From Dicyema japonicum (taxonomy: Eukaryota > Animalia > Dicyemida): a stretch of DNA of 33,000 nt. Below, one piece after another: positions 22,298 through 33,000 of this stretch. The DNA lies in NCBI GenBank assembly GCA_011109175.1, contig RDEW01000007.1:1653236-1686235 (forward strand). Direction: 5' to 3'. A model generated the notes under the pieces. The model had not been told where the DNA came from and ran no database searches. It worked only from the letters and a program-made list of their open reading frames with translations. Made by a program: the position numbers and the translations under genes. Numbering within the stretch: the stretch's first letter is position 1; each line of letters opens with the position of its first letter.

Positions 22298-22956
22298 GAT
22301 TACATAATTGACGTAAATTCCTTTGCTGAGAGAAGAAAACTTAGAAATAGTCTTCCTTTAAAGATCGTTTCCATTCGCCTTCAAAATTTCAGAGCGGTTG
22401 GGAGAATGTATTAAAAAGTCGTCAAGCCAATTTTATTGCAGACCATTTAGTTAAGTTCTTTAATGTCAATGCTACACAATTCCTCCTTTTGGTGGACCTC
22501 CTAAGAAGACCTTTGGATAGGTTAATTACTCCCTAAGAAGTCAAATTGGCGAAAAGGGATTATATCCGTGGTTCTCAACCTTTTTATTTAATCGTCCCAG
22601 CAATTTTTTTATCGCCCCTTATTTCACAAGTTAAAAAGTTATTACCACGTACAGAAATTATTTAAGAAATATTTTTGTTTTATTTAAAAATCATAATTTT
22701 AATGAAATCTCTGTGGTTTATGAGTATTCACAAGATTTTCTAAATTTGCCTTTTTTTGTAAGTTCAATCTTTACATCTCCTCTTGTGCATTTATTTTGTT
22801 TCGTTTTTTCCCGATGACATTTTTTCCTATACTCAAAGGTATTTAGAAGTTGACCTTGTGACTATTTCTACTTGTCTTCCGACTTCATTAATGAAGAATT
22901 TGTAATTAATGTTCGTAAAATCAATAATTCTCAGTGAAACTCCAAAATATGAAAGT
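22298..22956. repeat. Second copy of the composite L1-fragment plus hAT-end unit (homolog of 14531-15166)
   Basis: Collinear from GATTACATAATTGACGTAA to CTCAGTGAAACTCCAAAA.ATGAAAGT with scattered substitutions and small indels. Confidence 0.9.
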
Positions 22957-22989
22957 TTTGAATGATATCTTAGCGTGAACTTTATAATC

Positions 22990-23740
22990 CTATTGAGATC
23001 TCTCTGAGTGTAGTCTTCAAAAGGTGAAACCTCATCACCCTTTGCCACATTCTGAATTGCTTTACTTGTCCAGTGGAGCTGTTTCGATCCAGTTTCGTAT
23101 GTACTCGTTCCATCACAATTTGGTTGTGGTCACTTCTCGTTTCGTATAAGACTGACCATGCAATCTTCGATGCAAGTGGAGCAGAACAGAGAGTCACGAC
23201 AGGTAAAGTTTCTCTGAATGGTGTCCTTTTGTTTTTTGAAGGATCGTTCAAAATCGTTGGAGTGTCCGAGAAGACAGCCAAAGGGGATGCTTGGCATTGA
23301 CATTCAGGTCCACGCAGATGATGAACTCATCGAAAATAGTCAATCTTAAAGAATTGGATTATCATAGCCCTTGGGGGCATGAGTCAGGAGGAGGAACGTA
23401 GACGTTCATAAGAAATAGACTTCCATTTGTTGTATTCAATGAGATTACGATTACTTCAGTAACCTCATCATCCCCAATGCACTGTTTCACCACTTAAGTG
23501 ATGTCCTCGCATTTCAGATTTTATAGAGTTATTAGGCCTCCGCCTTTTCTATATTTCCTGTCCATCCTAATAGACCTGTAGCCGGGGAATAAAGGAGTAG
23601 GATCATTCATGCAGAGTTTAGTTTCTTGAATCATAGCCACGTCGATCTTCTGATTTTCCAGGATTGAACGGAGTTCCCTGATCTTGCCTTTAGTCCATTG
23701 ATGTTCAATTGGAGAGCAGCAAATTTCCTTTCTCCACGGT
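22990..23740 (-). mobile_element. Degenerate LINE APE endonuclease domain
   Basis: LQLNINGL, KIDVAMIQETKL, FPGYRSIRMDR..RKGGGLITL and VTLCSAPLASKIAWSV...SDH; frameshifts and stops are present. Confidence 0.85.
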
Positions 23741-23944
23741 GGGCTGAGGAGGAATGGACTAATTTTAAAACATATCACCGGGGGGTCGACGATGACCCCG
23801 GGAGGAGGTCTAATGGTCCTCTTTGGGTGGGCATTAGGTTCTTCCTGAGCGTTTCCAAAATTTGTCGAATTGCTGAACTACATAACGCCACGTTTAATTT
23901 TTTTAACCCCGAAAAGGGAACACCAAGAAAGAAGGAGTAAACAA

Positions 23945-24290
23945 CTAATTAAGTGATCCGGTACGCCTCAACATGATCGAGAGTTTTTCCTATGTTCCTC
24001 CAGAGTACCCACGGCTTTCCTGGATAGACGACGATCATCTTTCATTAGAGTTTGAAGAGGGGTGGGTTTTTCCCAATTTCGTGTATTTGAGGCCTCTAGC
24101 CTTGAATGAAAGAATCGACTTGTTTCTTGACCGCACAGACCGATGAAGCCGAGTTATTTTTGATTGCGGCGTGTCAAGCATTGGGGAAAAGATCGGGGGT
24201 AGATTTGTTAGACGTGCAAGTTTGCCTGTTAAGAGTTGATCTTGTATGAATTGGATATTGAAACTCCATAGGCCCATGAGACACAAGCAG
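23945..24290 (-). mobile_element. LINE 3'-end remnant
   Basis: The minus strand ends TLDHVEAYRIT-stop followed by TTAGTTG, the same end signature as at 17355. Confidence 0.45.
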
Positions 24291-24390
24291 TTAATTAAAA
24301 AAAGTACATTTTCAACATAAGGAGATAATCATTTAATTTTGATGAAATTAAATTAAATTAATATTTAATGAGTGTTTAAAATATTTAATT

Positions 24391-25252
24391 ATGAGGATTC
24401 TTGTTGGATGTAAGCGAGTCATCGACTTTGCCGTAAAAGTATATGTAAGTGTAAACATAACAGGTTCGTCTAACTCCCGACAGATCGGCTGTGCTGACGG
24501 AAGGAGTGAAGCATTCGATGAATCCCTTTGATGAAGTGGCTTTGGAAGAGGCCATAAAGCTGAAAGAGATGGGTCACGCATCTGAAATTCTGGCAGTTTC
24601 ATGTGGTCCTAAGGAATGCAAAGTAATTTTATTAATAAAGTTTAGGAAACATTAAGGACTGCTTTAGCCATGGGGGCTGATCGAGCGGTGCACGTGCAGA
24701 TGGGATCAGTCTCAGGTTCTTAAGGCAGAGTCGTTGTTTTTTCGCCAAAATCTTTGCAAAAATGGTAAAATCTGAGAATATTGATCTTGTTTTGTTGGGA
24801 AAACAGGCCATCGACACAGACAGTGGTCAGACTTCCCCAATGTTGGCTTCTTTGCTAGGCTGGCCTCAAGTATTGAGAGTCCACTCATATTCAGGCTACC
24901 GTGGCGTCGAAAATAGAGCTTATGGAAGAGGGAAAGTTTAAAGTTGTCAGAGAAATTGATTCCGGACTTGAAACATTGGAGATCAAACTTCCCTGTGTGA
25001 TCTCTGCTGATTTACGATTAAATGTTCCTCGTTATGCCACCCTTCCTAATATTATGGTTAACGCTGATTTATTATTCAAAGAAAGCAAAGAAGAAGCCAT
25101 TAAGTGAGGTCACCTTGGAGGAGTTGGAGATTCCAGTCGGGAATCATTTTGAAATAAAAGAATTGAAAATGCCAGAGAATAAGAGATCTAAAATGATGCT
25201 TGGGGATGCCAAGGCTCTATTTGATCGACTTAGAGATGACGGACATATTTAA
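24391..25252 (+). CDS. ETFB: Electron transfer flavoprotein subunit beta, 5 exons, with two inferred +1 slips (24702-24704 GGG and 24737-24742 T6)
   Basis: ATG at 24391. Introns 24439-24463, 24623-24645, 24870-24894 and 25057-25081. Motifs [59 protein letters not shown] and [21 protein letters not shown]. Confidence 0.92.
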
Positions 25253-26280
25253 CCACTTTACTAATTTATAATTCGATTATTTTATGTTTAGACGACATTA
25301 CAACAGCGTAGTGTATTCAACGCTTTTTGAGCTCAAAGCATCGGGTTTCCAAATTCTACGAGTTTTCTAGAAAGGGAAGACGAGGAATTTCAGCCTTCAT
25401 TTTATGCAATAAAATTTTTCCAATAGTATATTTGTCCTTTTAGTTAAAAGTCTTTATTTTTTCTTTAAAAATGCTGTGTCATTAATATTATTATTAATGA
25501 GTAGGGCAACCAAATGCTATGAAATCATATTTTTTTTAAACTATTTTTTTTAAAAATACACCTGTGATGCCTGTCGCGCTTAAAGTCTTCATATCTAGTT
25601 CGCTCACTTTTTCGGAAATATTTTTATTTGTTCAAAACTTTATTTTATTTAAGAAAGAATTTATTTTGCGCGGTAAAGCCAAATCGTTATGTTTTTTATG
25701 AGGTCGAATAGTAATCAGGTTTATTTCTATTTTTTGAAATTTTTAATTGCCATTCATGCAGCAAAAGTTAGCTTCTCTCACAAATTTATATGCCCAAAGT
25801 GCAGACTGCCTGAATGACCACAAAACTTACGGTTCTGTAGGAAGCTGTGGGCTTACATTTATATACTGAGGATACATTCATATCCATATGAAGATTTTTA
25901 AGGGCATCAAAAAGACAGCTTTAGAAAATCTTATAAGTTGGTTTCCTTAATTAGAGTCTCATTTTGTATTTTGACGTCCTTATTTTTCTGTTATTGTATG
26001 AATTAACAAAGTTAATCACTCCTAGGTAATATTTGCTGAAGCATCTGGAGAACTATGGGAATCGCTGGTGATCATTTGATATGAGTCCAGAAAAGTCACT
26101 TAATTTATTAATTGCAGGATCACTGACAAGATAGCAGTTAACGACTAGTCAATTGTATTTAGTTCTCATAATCAGAGTCAAATGAGACAAGTTCATTAAA
26201 AACTAATATTAAAACTGCATTTTACGAAGAGTCACTAATCGATGAGGGAGAACCAAGGATTGCTCTTCACTTCATATGTT

Positions 26281-26416
26281 AATTGTGAGTCCTTTTATAG
26301 ACGAACAGATTCTCCAGTGAGATGCTCACTGATGACGGCGTCACTCGTCAAGCCAAAGCATCGTAGATGCGTGGAACCTTCAGCCAGAATGTACAGCCGC
26401 TAGATTAGAACTAGGG
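26281..26416 (-). mobile_element. Candidate tRNA-derived SINE copy
   Basis: The reverse complement aligns with 31586-31720 (GCTGTACATTC.GGCTGAAGGTTCCAC, TTGGCTTGA.GAGTGACGCCGTCATCA, TCGTCTATAAAAG.ACTCAC). The B-box is degenerate (CCCTAGTTCTAATC). Confidence 0.65.
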
Positions 26417-26561
26417 ACATCAAAAAAAATTTTACTCGAAACGTGTTTATTATTTTTTTGTTTGATCTGAAAGTTCACTAACACAGAAAGCTCATTTTTA
26501 TGCAAGAAATTGTTAGCCAATTAAGGTCTCTAATAATAGCGGACAAAATATTTTTTGATTA

Positions 26562-28398
26562 CAGTCAAACCCCTCTAACCGATTCCTCTCGGACCGACAG
26601 AATTGTCCGGTATAGAGGGGAGGCCGGTATATTGAACAAGTCATTAAATTTACTTATAACGAAAAAGTGAAACAGTAAAATTAATAGAAATCTGTCAATA
26701 AGGATTGCCTCGTATTTAGCTTCGATTCAGCAATCGCTTTATTGTTCAGATAGATCAGTCTGTTGACGGGATCGAGTAATGCAGGGTCTTGAGTGCAAGC
26801 AAAGTGGCAGATTTGGTCTAACATTTGTTAAACATTTGTGCGTGTTAATTTTTCTATATGTTTTGGCTCTGATTGCTTATCAGAATCTGAGTCACTGTCA
26901 TTATCTTCAGAAGCTGAGACTGTTTGGTATTGCTCAACTAGGGATGATTCCCAATCTTTAGGATTTTCAGTGGGTAGTTCCAAGTCTAAGTTGACAAATT
27001 CTTCTTCTGTCATTGGATTATCGACTAGTCTATTCATGAGGAGTATGAACAGTAAATTGTTTTCAGGATTGTCGTTTATATATATTTTGACTGGAATGCC
27101 ACACTTATTAAAGCAGAGGGAGATTGTGTTTGATTTCACGTCCATCCAAGCTGTGCTAATCCACCGGATAGCATCCAAAGAAATTTTTTTGCAAGTGGTG
27201 TCGCATTGGTTTCTGTGTCCATTTAGGCAAAAGGTTGAGTCATTAGTAGTCTTCTGCATCATTCTTTAAATGACCGAATAATTCCTCAATCCAGAGGCTG
27301 TATGACACTAGTTGTGCTAACTGGAAGAATTCTGAGTTCCACGTTGGAATATTTTACGTTTGGTGAATGTGATGCTGCATTATTCAAAAACATAATAATT
27401 TTTCGTTTCTGGCGCATCATCTGCATGTTTCTTGCAACCATTTTGAAAACAATTTCGATGTCATCCAGGCTGTAACGTTGGAGCAGTAAATGACAAGTAA
27501 TTTATTCAGATTAATATTCTTTAAACATCGGGGTTTTCGAGACTTGCCAATTGCAATTGCCTTTAGCTTTTCTCCTGTCGAACTGCATGCAAGCATTACA
27601 GTAAAACGTTCCTTCGACTTCTTTGATCCACTATGATGATTACCTCTTACTGACAGTGCTTTATCAGGAAGGACACGATATAATAGTCCGGCTTCGTCGC
27701 AGTTAAATGTATCCTCTGGTCGATATCCCTCAATTAGAAAAGGTACACTTTCCATCCAGTCAGAAACAACATCACTGTCAACATTTGCTTTTTCACCACT
27801 GATACAGTATGACTAGATTGAGTAATGAGACTTCCACCTGCATAACCAGCCAGTGGAAGCTTTAAAATCATTTTCGCCCAGTGCTTTAGCAAACTCTGTA
27901 GCTTTTGCGATAATAATTGGTCCTGACAAACAAAAGTTTTTGGAACGTGTATCTGGAACCACTCCTAAGTGATTTTATTAAAATTTTCAAATTTACAGTT
28001 GTTGTCAAAACGTTTTTTAGCAGAATTTTTGAATAATTCCAAATAAATATCAGCCTTTTTAAGTATGTCTGATACAGTGCTGCATCCAACTCATACTTCT
28101 TGCTGAGAAATTTTTGTGTCGGCTTAGGTATTTGGTTCGATTCATTTATTATTTGAATTTTCTTCTTTAAAGACAATTCGCAACGTAATCGTTTTCTTTG
28201 CGGAGCTATCATTTTTTAGTTTTTGATTTTCTGTCGAGTTGTTCGCAATAATCTCTATCGTTGTTCGCATTCAAGGTTAAAGACGATTAATAGGATTAGA
28301 TCAAAGATTGATGTCAGAAGACCGTTTATGATAAAAGAAAATTCAAGTTGGGACCACAAAATACGGCCGGTATTCGGAATAGAGGAGATGTAATCGAG
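26562..28398 (-). mobile_element. Inactivated pogo/Tigger (Tc1/mariner superfamily) DNA transposon with HTH_psq, CENP-B-type HTH and DDE_1 domains
   Basis: TA|CAGTCAAACCCCTC terminus at 26560-26575. Minus ORF pieces ELSLKKKIQII, SGPIIIAKA..FKASTGWL, FNCDEAGL, KSKERFTVMLACSSTGEKL, AWMTSKLF, FLNNAASH (second catalytic Asp changed to Asn) and QPLD followed by a stop. The outer end of the other terminus is lost at about 28398. Confidence 0.92.
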
Positions 28399-28510
28399 AA
28401 GTCGTCAAGCCAATCTTATCGCAGACCATTTAGTTAAGTTCTTTAATGTTTATGCTACATCAATTCCTCCTTTTGGGACCTCCTAAGAAGACCTTTGGAT
28501 AGGTTAATTA
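28396..28510. repeat. Partial third copy of the L1-like fragment
   Basis: GAGAAGTCGTCAAGCCAATCTTATCGCAGACC...TTTGGATAGGTTAATTA matches about 14646-14761 and the corresponding part of the 22298 copy. Confidence 0.9.
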
Positions 28511-28947
28511 TTGATTCTTCTCTTTGACATTGTATGAGAGTTACTATTGCAGCAAATTATTTGGGGGTGATAGACTATTCTAAGAACAGAACGTTAAGAT
28601 TATTCAATTGAGGAAGCATTTTTGGACCTCAACAGATTCACTTACAAAACATATCCTTACTAAATTAATGAATTTATTTCCAAAAACTTCAAATGACAGG
28701 GATTTTGAAAATACTAAATTTCCGTTAAAGTGGAAAAACTTAATAAATATAGCCTAAAAATAATTCACATGAGGATTGCTTACTGTTGTAAGAATAATAA
28801 CAACACAGTCCTTCCGCCAAGGAGTAGTAGTGCTTCTATTATTAATCCTCAGCTTAGGCAGAACTCACAATTTATTTAAGAACAGCCATACTAATTAATC
28901 CTGGACAGTTATTCCAAGGCATTGAAAATGTTCTTGGTTTCTCGTTC

Positions 28948-29045
28948 TTTTTTTGTGTGCGAGTCCCAGAAGACATTCCGGTTCCGTAGTGATGAAACAC
29001 TGAACGGCGTCACTCATCAACTCAGACGCAGATTCGTGGAAGCTG
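28948..29045 (-). mobile_element. Older, 5'-truncated copy of the candidate SINE
   Basis: TTTTTTTGTGTGCGAGTC...ACTGAACGGCGTCACTCATCAA...CGTGGAA parallels 26281-26390 and the reverse complement of 31620-31730, including the A-rich tail. Confidence 0.5.
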
Positions 29046-29727
29046 TAGAAACTTCAGGATTATGTTGCTTGAGATAAATTGATCTAAAAAATATAAAATA
29101 ATTATTAAAACTCCTAACTGTGTTTTGTCGTCAAAAATAATAAGATAAATGCCATATGCTTGAATTTACCTCATAAATAGACTAAATCACTTGCGAACCT
29201 GTCCTGGGCTTAATTTACCTCGTAATAGACTTACTTTCTGTCAATTAAGACCAATCCTTCGGCGACCAGAAAGCTACTCATGCTACTTTACAATAATTGT
29301 TGACACACAAACCTTCAACTGTGTAATAATTTTATAACGACTAACCTAATTTCAGTTTAACTGAAATAACATACAGCTTTCAGCACCTTGTTTATTAGGC
29401 AGGGGGCTTCCGGAAAACTACTAGAAAAAAACTTGGAATGTAATTCTAGATTACTGCTAAAAATTGAGCATTAAAATCTTTAGGTAATTCTTATTCTAAT
29501 TTTGTAGAAGGAATCCCCACATGTTTCCCTGCCCGACCAGTGGACTACGCGGCTTACAGGGACTTTCCTTAAAGTTAGGTTGAGTTATACATTAGTCCTA
29601 TTTACTAGCTTAGACATTCTTTACAAGTAAATGGCGATTAAATCGATAAATGCCAATCGAAGAAAAATTCTAAATTAGGCAACCGATAGTTGAGATATAA
29701 ATAAGAAGGTTACCAACGACCGGCAAA

Positions 29728-30934
<1,207 letters not shown>

Positions 30935-31059
30935 ATTTGTTTGGTTGATTATATTTTACTAATCCTTCTTTCCTTTTAATCTTTGGTTTTCTTTAAATGG
31001 TTCACGTTATGTGGGTTGGTGTAATAGACTGATTAATAAAATAAGAGTCAATACAGATC

Positions 31060-31175
31060 GGTCTCAATAAAGAGTTGATTGAGGATCGATACAGTTGACC
31101 TCCCATACTAGTGGCTTCCTCTCTTGGAATGATTGTAATTCTATCTGGCCGTATTAAGTCTAATTTAAGTTGACT
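31060..31175 (-). mobile_element. Short CRE-like REL fragment
   Basis: RPDRITIIP followed by KPLVWEVNCID (consensus-like RPDG.T..PW..G..L.WD..C.D). Confidence 0.55.
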
Positions 31176-31585
31176 TTTTTAATTACTTTCGGGTTAAAGG
31201 CTTTGGATTTGACTCCTACGAGGGTTAAATGCCATTTGGTGTTAAAGGCTCTGGTTTGTAGTTTTTTAGTACAAAAGTTTTCTTAGTTTATGGTTGTGAC
31301 TTGTTTAATAAGCTTATCTGTCTCCTTAATATGAGTCTTCTAACTTTTCTAAGGAGAATTTATATTTCTCAAATTTGACTCACTGTGTGTGTCATGTTCC
31401 TTACGCAGGATCAATTTTACTGATATCTTGGAGTGTCCGTGTACGGCAGTTATGTTTTTAAGCCACCGGTTTCTTCCACGTGAAGAGACAAGGGATAAAT
31501 AAACGCCACAGTCCCATTGGTTATATTCCACAATTTCATTATTTGACAAATAATCGATCATAAACAAATTTTAATCGGCATTGAG

Positions 31586-31740
31586 GCCCCTGGTTCGAAT
31601 CCTACTGCTGTACATTCCGGCTGAAGGTTCCACCATCTTCGAAGCATTGGCTTGAAGAGTGACGCCGTCATCATTGAAAAATCACTGTGCACGAATCGTC
31701 TATAAAAGACTCACACGCACAAAAATAAAAAAATTAAAGA
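31586..31740 (+). mobile_element. Candidate tRNA-derived SINE, best-preserved copy
   Basis: A perfect Pol III B-box GGTTCGAATCC at 31592-31602 precedes a body of about 115 nt shared with two other loci and an A-rich tail (AAAAATAAAAAAATTAAA). No A-box is recognisable. Confidence 0.65.
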
Positions 31741-31989
31741 CCATTTCTTGGTTCGCTACGATTACTTAGCATTTCATTACTTAAAGTGTGTCCTGTCTGA
31801 ATGGAGCTATAGGTAATATGGCTTCTGCGTGAAGTGCAGTATTATATGAGGATTCTATTCAGCTCTAGGCTTTAAAATAAAAGAAATCGATGGTTTAATG
31901 GTAAAGTCGCAGAATAAAAAATATACATTTAGACCGATTATAGTTTTTTAGAGCAACATGTGCCAAAAATTTCTAACCAGTGATCCACT

Positions 31990-32525
31990 TTTACTTTTTT
32001 CCCTTATCTAAAATAGATGGTACAAAGCACATGTGCAAGTGATACATGGGTCGACGTATTGTTTGTATAATTATTCTTGAGTGGTTTCCGATCATCAAAG
32101 AGAGGCTTTTCACTAGAATTGTCTTGTATTTTGTCAGCATATCGACGTGCGTTGAGAAGCACACGCGTACATCAAGGGTTACCCCCAAGATTTTTAGGAT
32201 TGCTAAAGGGATTATGCCATTGTTTGCATTTAGATCGACTGTTCGTCTTCCCAATCTATTTCCTGATGCGAAAGGAAAGTAATAGACTTTTCTTTGGTAG
32301 TCGATTCTCCTACTGGATATTTCAATCCTCAGAGGCCTGGAAGATATCATTGGCGTATGCAACGGGAATATCATTTTCACTACCCAATTTAGGGAAGTCC
32401 GCCAACACTAGCCATCTATTTCTTATGCACGCGCCTTGTAGAGTCATCCATTCCGTATAAATAGTGAGAAGATCATGGGTATCTAAAATGACGGGACAAT
32501 GCACTTGATGTCCTATCAATCCCAT
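31990..32525 (-). mobile_element. Degenerate LINE RT C-terminal fragment
   Basis: IPVAYANDI (YADD with D to N) and LKILGVTLDVRVCFSTHV. Confidence 0.7.
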
Positions 32526-33000
32526 TCTATTGTATTCAATCCTATCAATACTTTCCTATTCTGTTCTATCCTTTTTTTGATTTCCTTGTTCTACTATGGG
32601 TAATAGTCCAATGTTACCAGTACATCCATAGGAAATGCCACCTTACAAAAGCACGGAAATTGTGGGTCTTCTGTCTGCTGTTTTTTTATATTGGCTGCGT
32701 TAAACTAAGATAATTCTGGAAATCTTAAATACCTGGACTTTCCATTTATGCACTTTTTCGGTCCGTCCGAAAAATGTTTTCTCTCTGATTTTGCCATTCC
32801 ATGCTACCAGTCGTCCATCGCAAGAAGCCGTGGCTAAACCAACTCAATTTTATTCCTGCCACGGATTGAGTCTGAACCTTGCACTTGAAGCGGATGTGCA
32901 GCAGTGAACAGCAAACGGGCTTGGTGTTCTGAAGATCTTTACCTCTCAAAGTACTGAGATAAAATCCTTTGTAAAAAAAACTAAATTAACTTGAAACGTG

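Noticed and set aside
17221-26575. Pogo termini at 17234 and 26562 as one composite transposon
   Set aside because: They face away from each other, so they cannot bound the intervening DNA.
26838-27269. 143-aa plus-strand Ser-rich ORF
   Set aside because: It is the antisense shadow of the pogo transposase C-terminus.
28520-28900. Possible L1-like RT remnant (AFLDL, FRQG)
   Set aside because: The motifs are too short and degraded to support a call.
29164-29234. Short imperfect direct repeat AATTTACCTC(A/G)TAA(A)TAGACT upstream of actin as a regulatory element
   Set aside because: There are only two copies of about 20 nt and no known motif; a local duplication explains it.

Overview
This is eukaryotic, animal-type, AT-rich genomic DNA; I found no prokaryotic operons or CRISPR arrays. 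Seven intron-containing host genes can be rebuilt by hand once very short GT-AG introns (almost all 22-30 nt) are spliced out. They are a CFAP299/C4orf22-like ciliary gene, STN1, RBBP6/Mpe1, a 5'-truncated and very divergent CNOT1 C-terminal module, a secreted ML/NPC2-like gene, ETF-beta and a divergent actin. There is also one tRNA-Phe(GAA). The space between genes is mostly decayed mobile elements: one near-complete RTE-clade LINE, many APE-type (I/Jockey-group-like) LINE fragments, CRE-like and R4/Dong-like REL fragments, L1-like fragments, two hAT remnants, a dead pogo/Tigger element and a three-copy candidate tRNA-derived SINE. Micro-introns, a metazoan Met-Cys actin and a motile-cilium gene together suggest a dicyemid-like parasite (inference, not proven). 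Several conserved genes carry single-base frameshifts in short homopolymers, most likely assembly errors. All homology calls are from motif recognition by eye, without database searches, and mobile-element boundaries are approximate.
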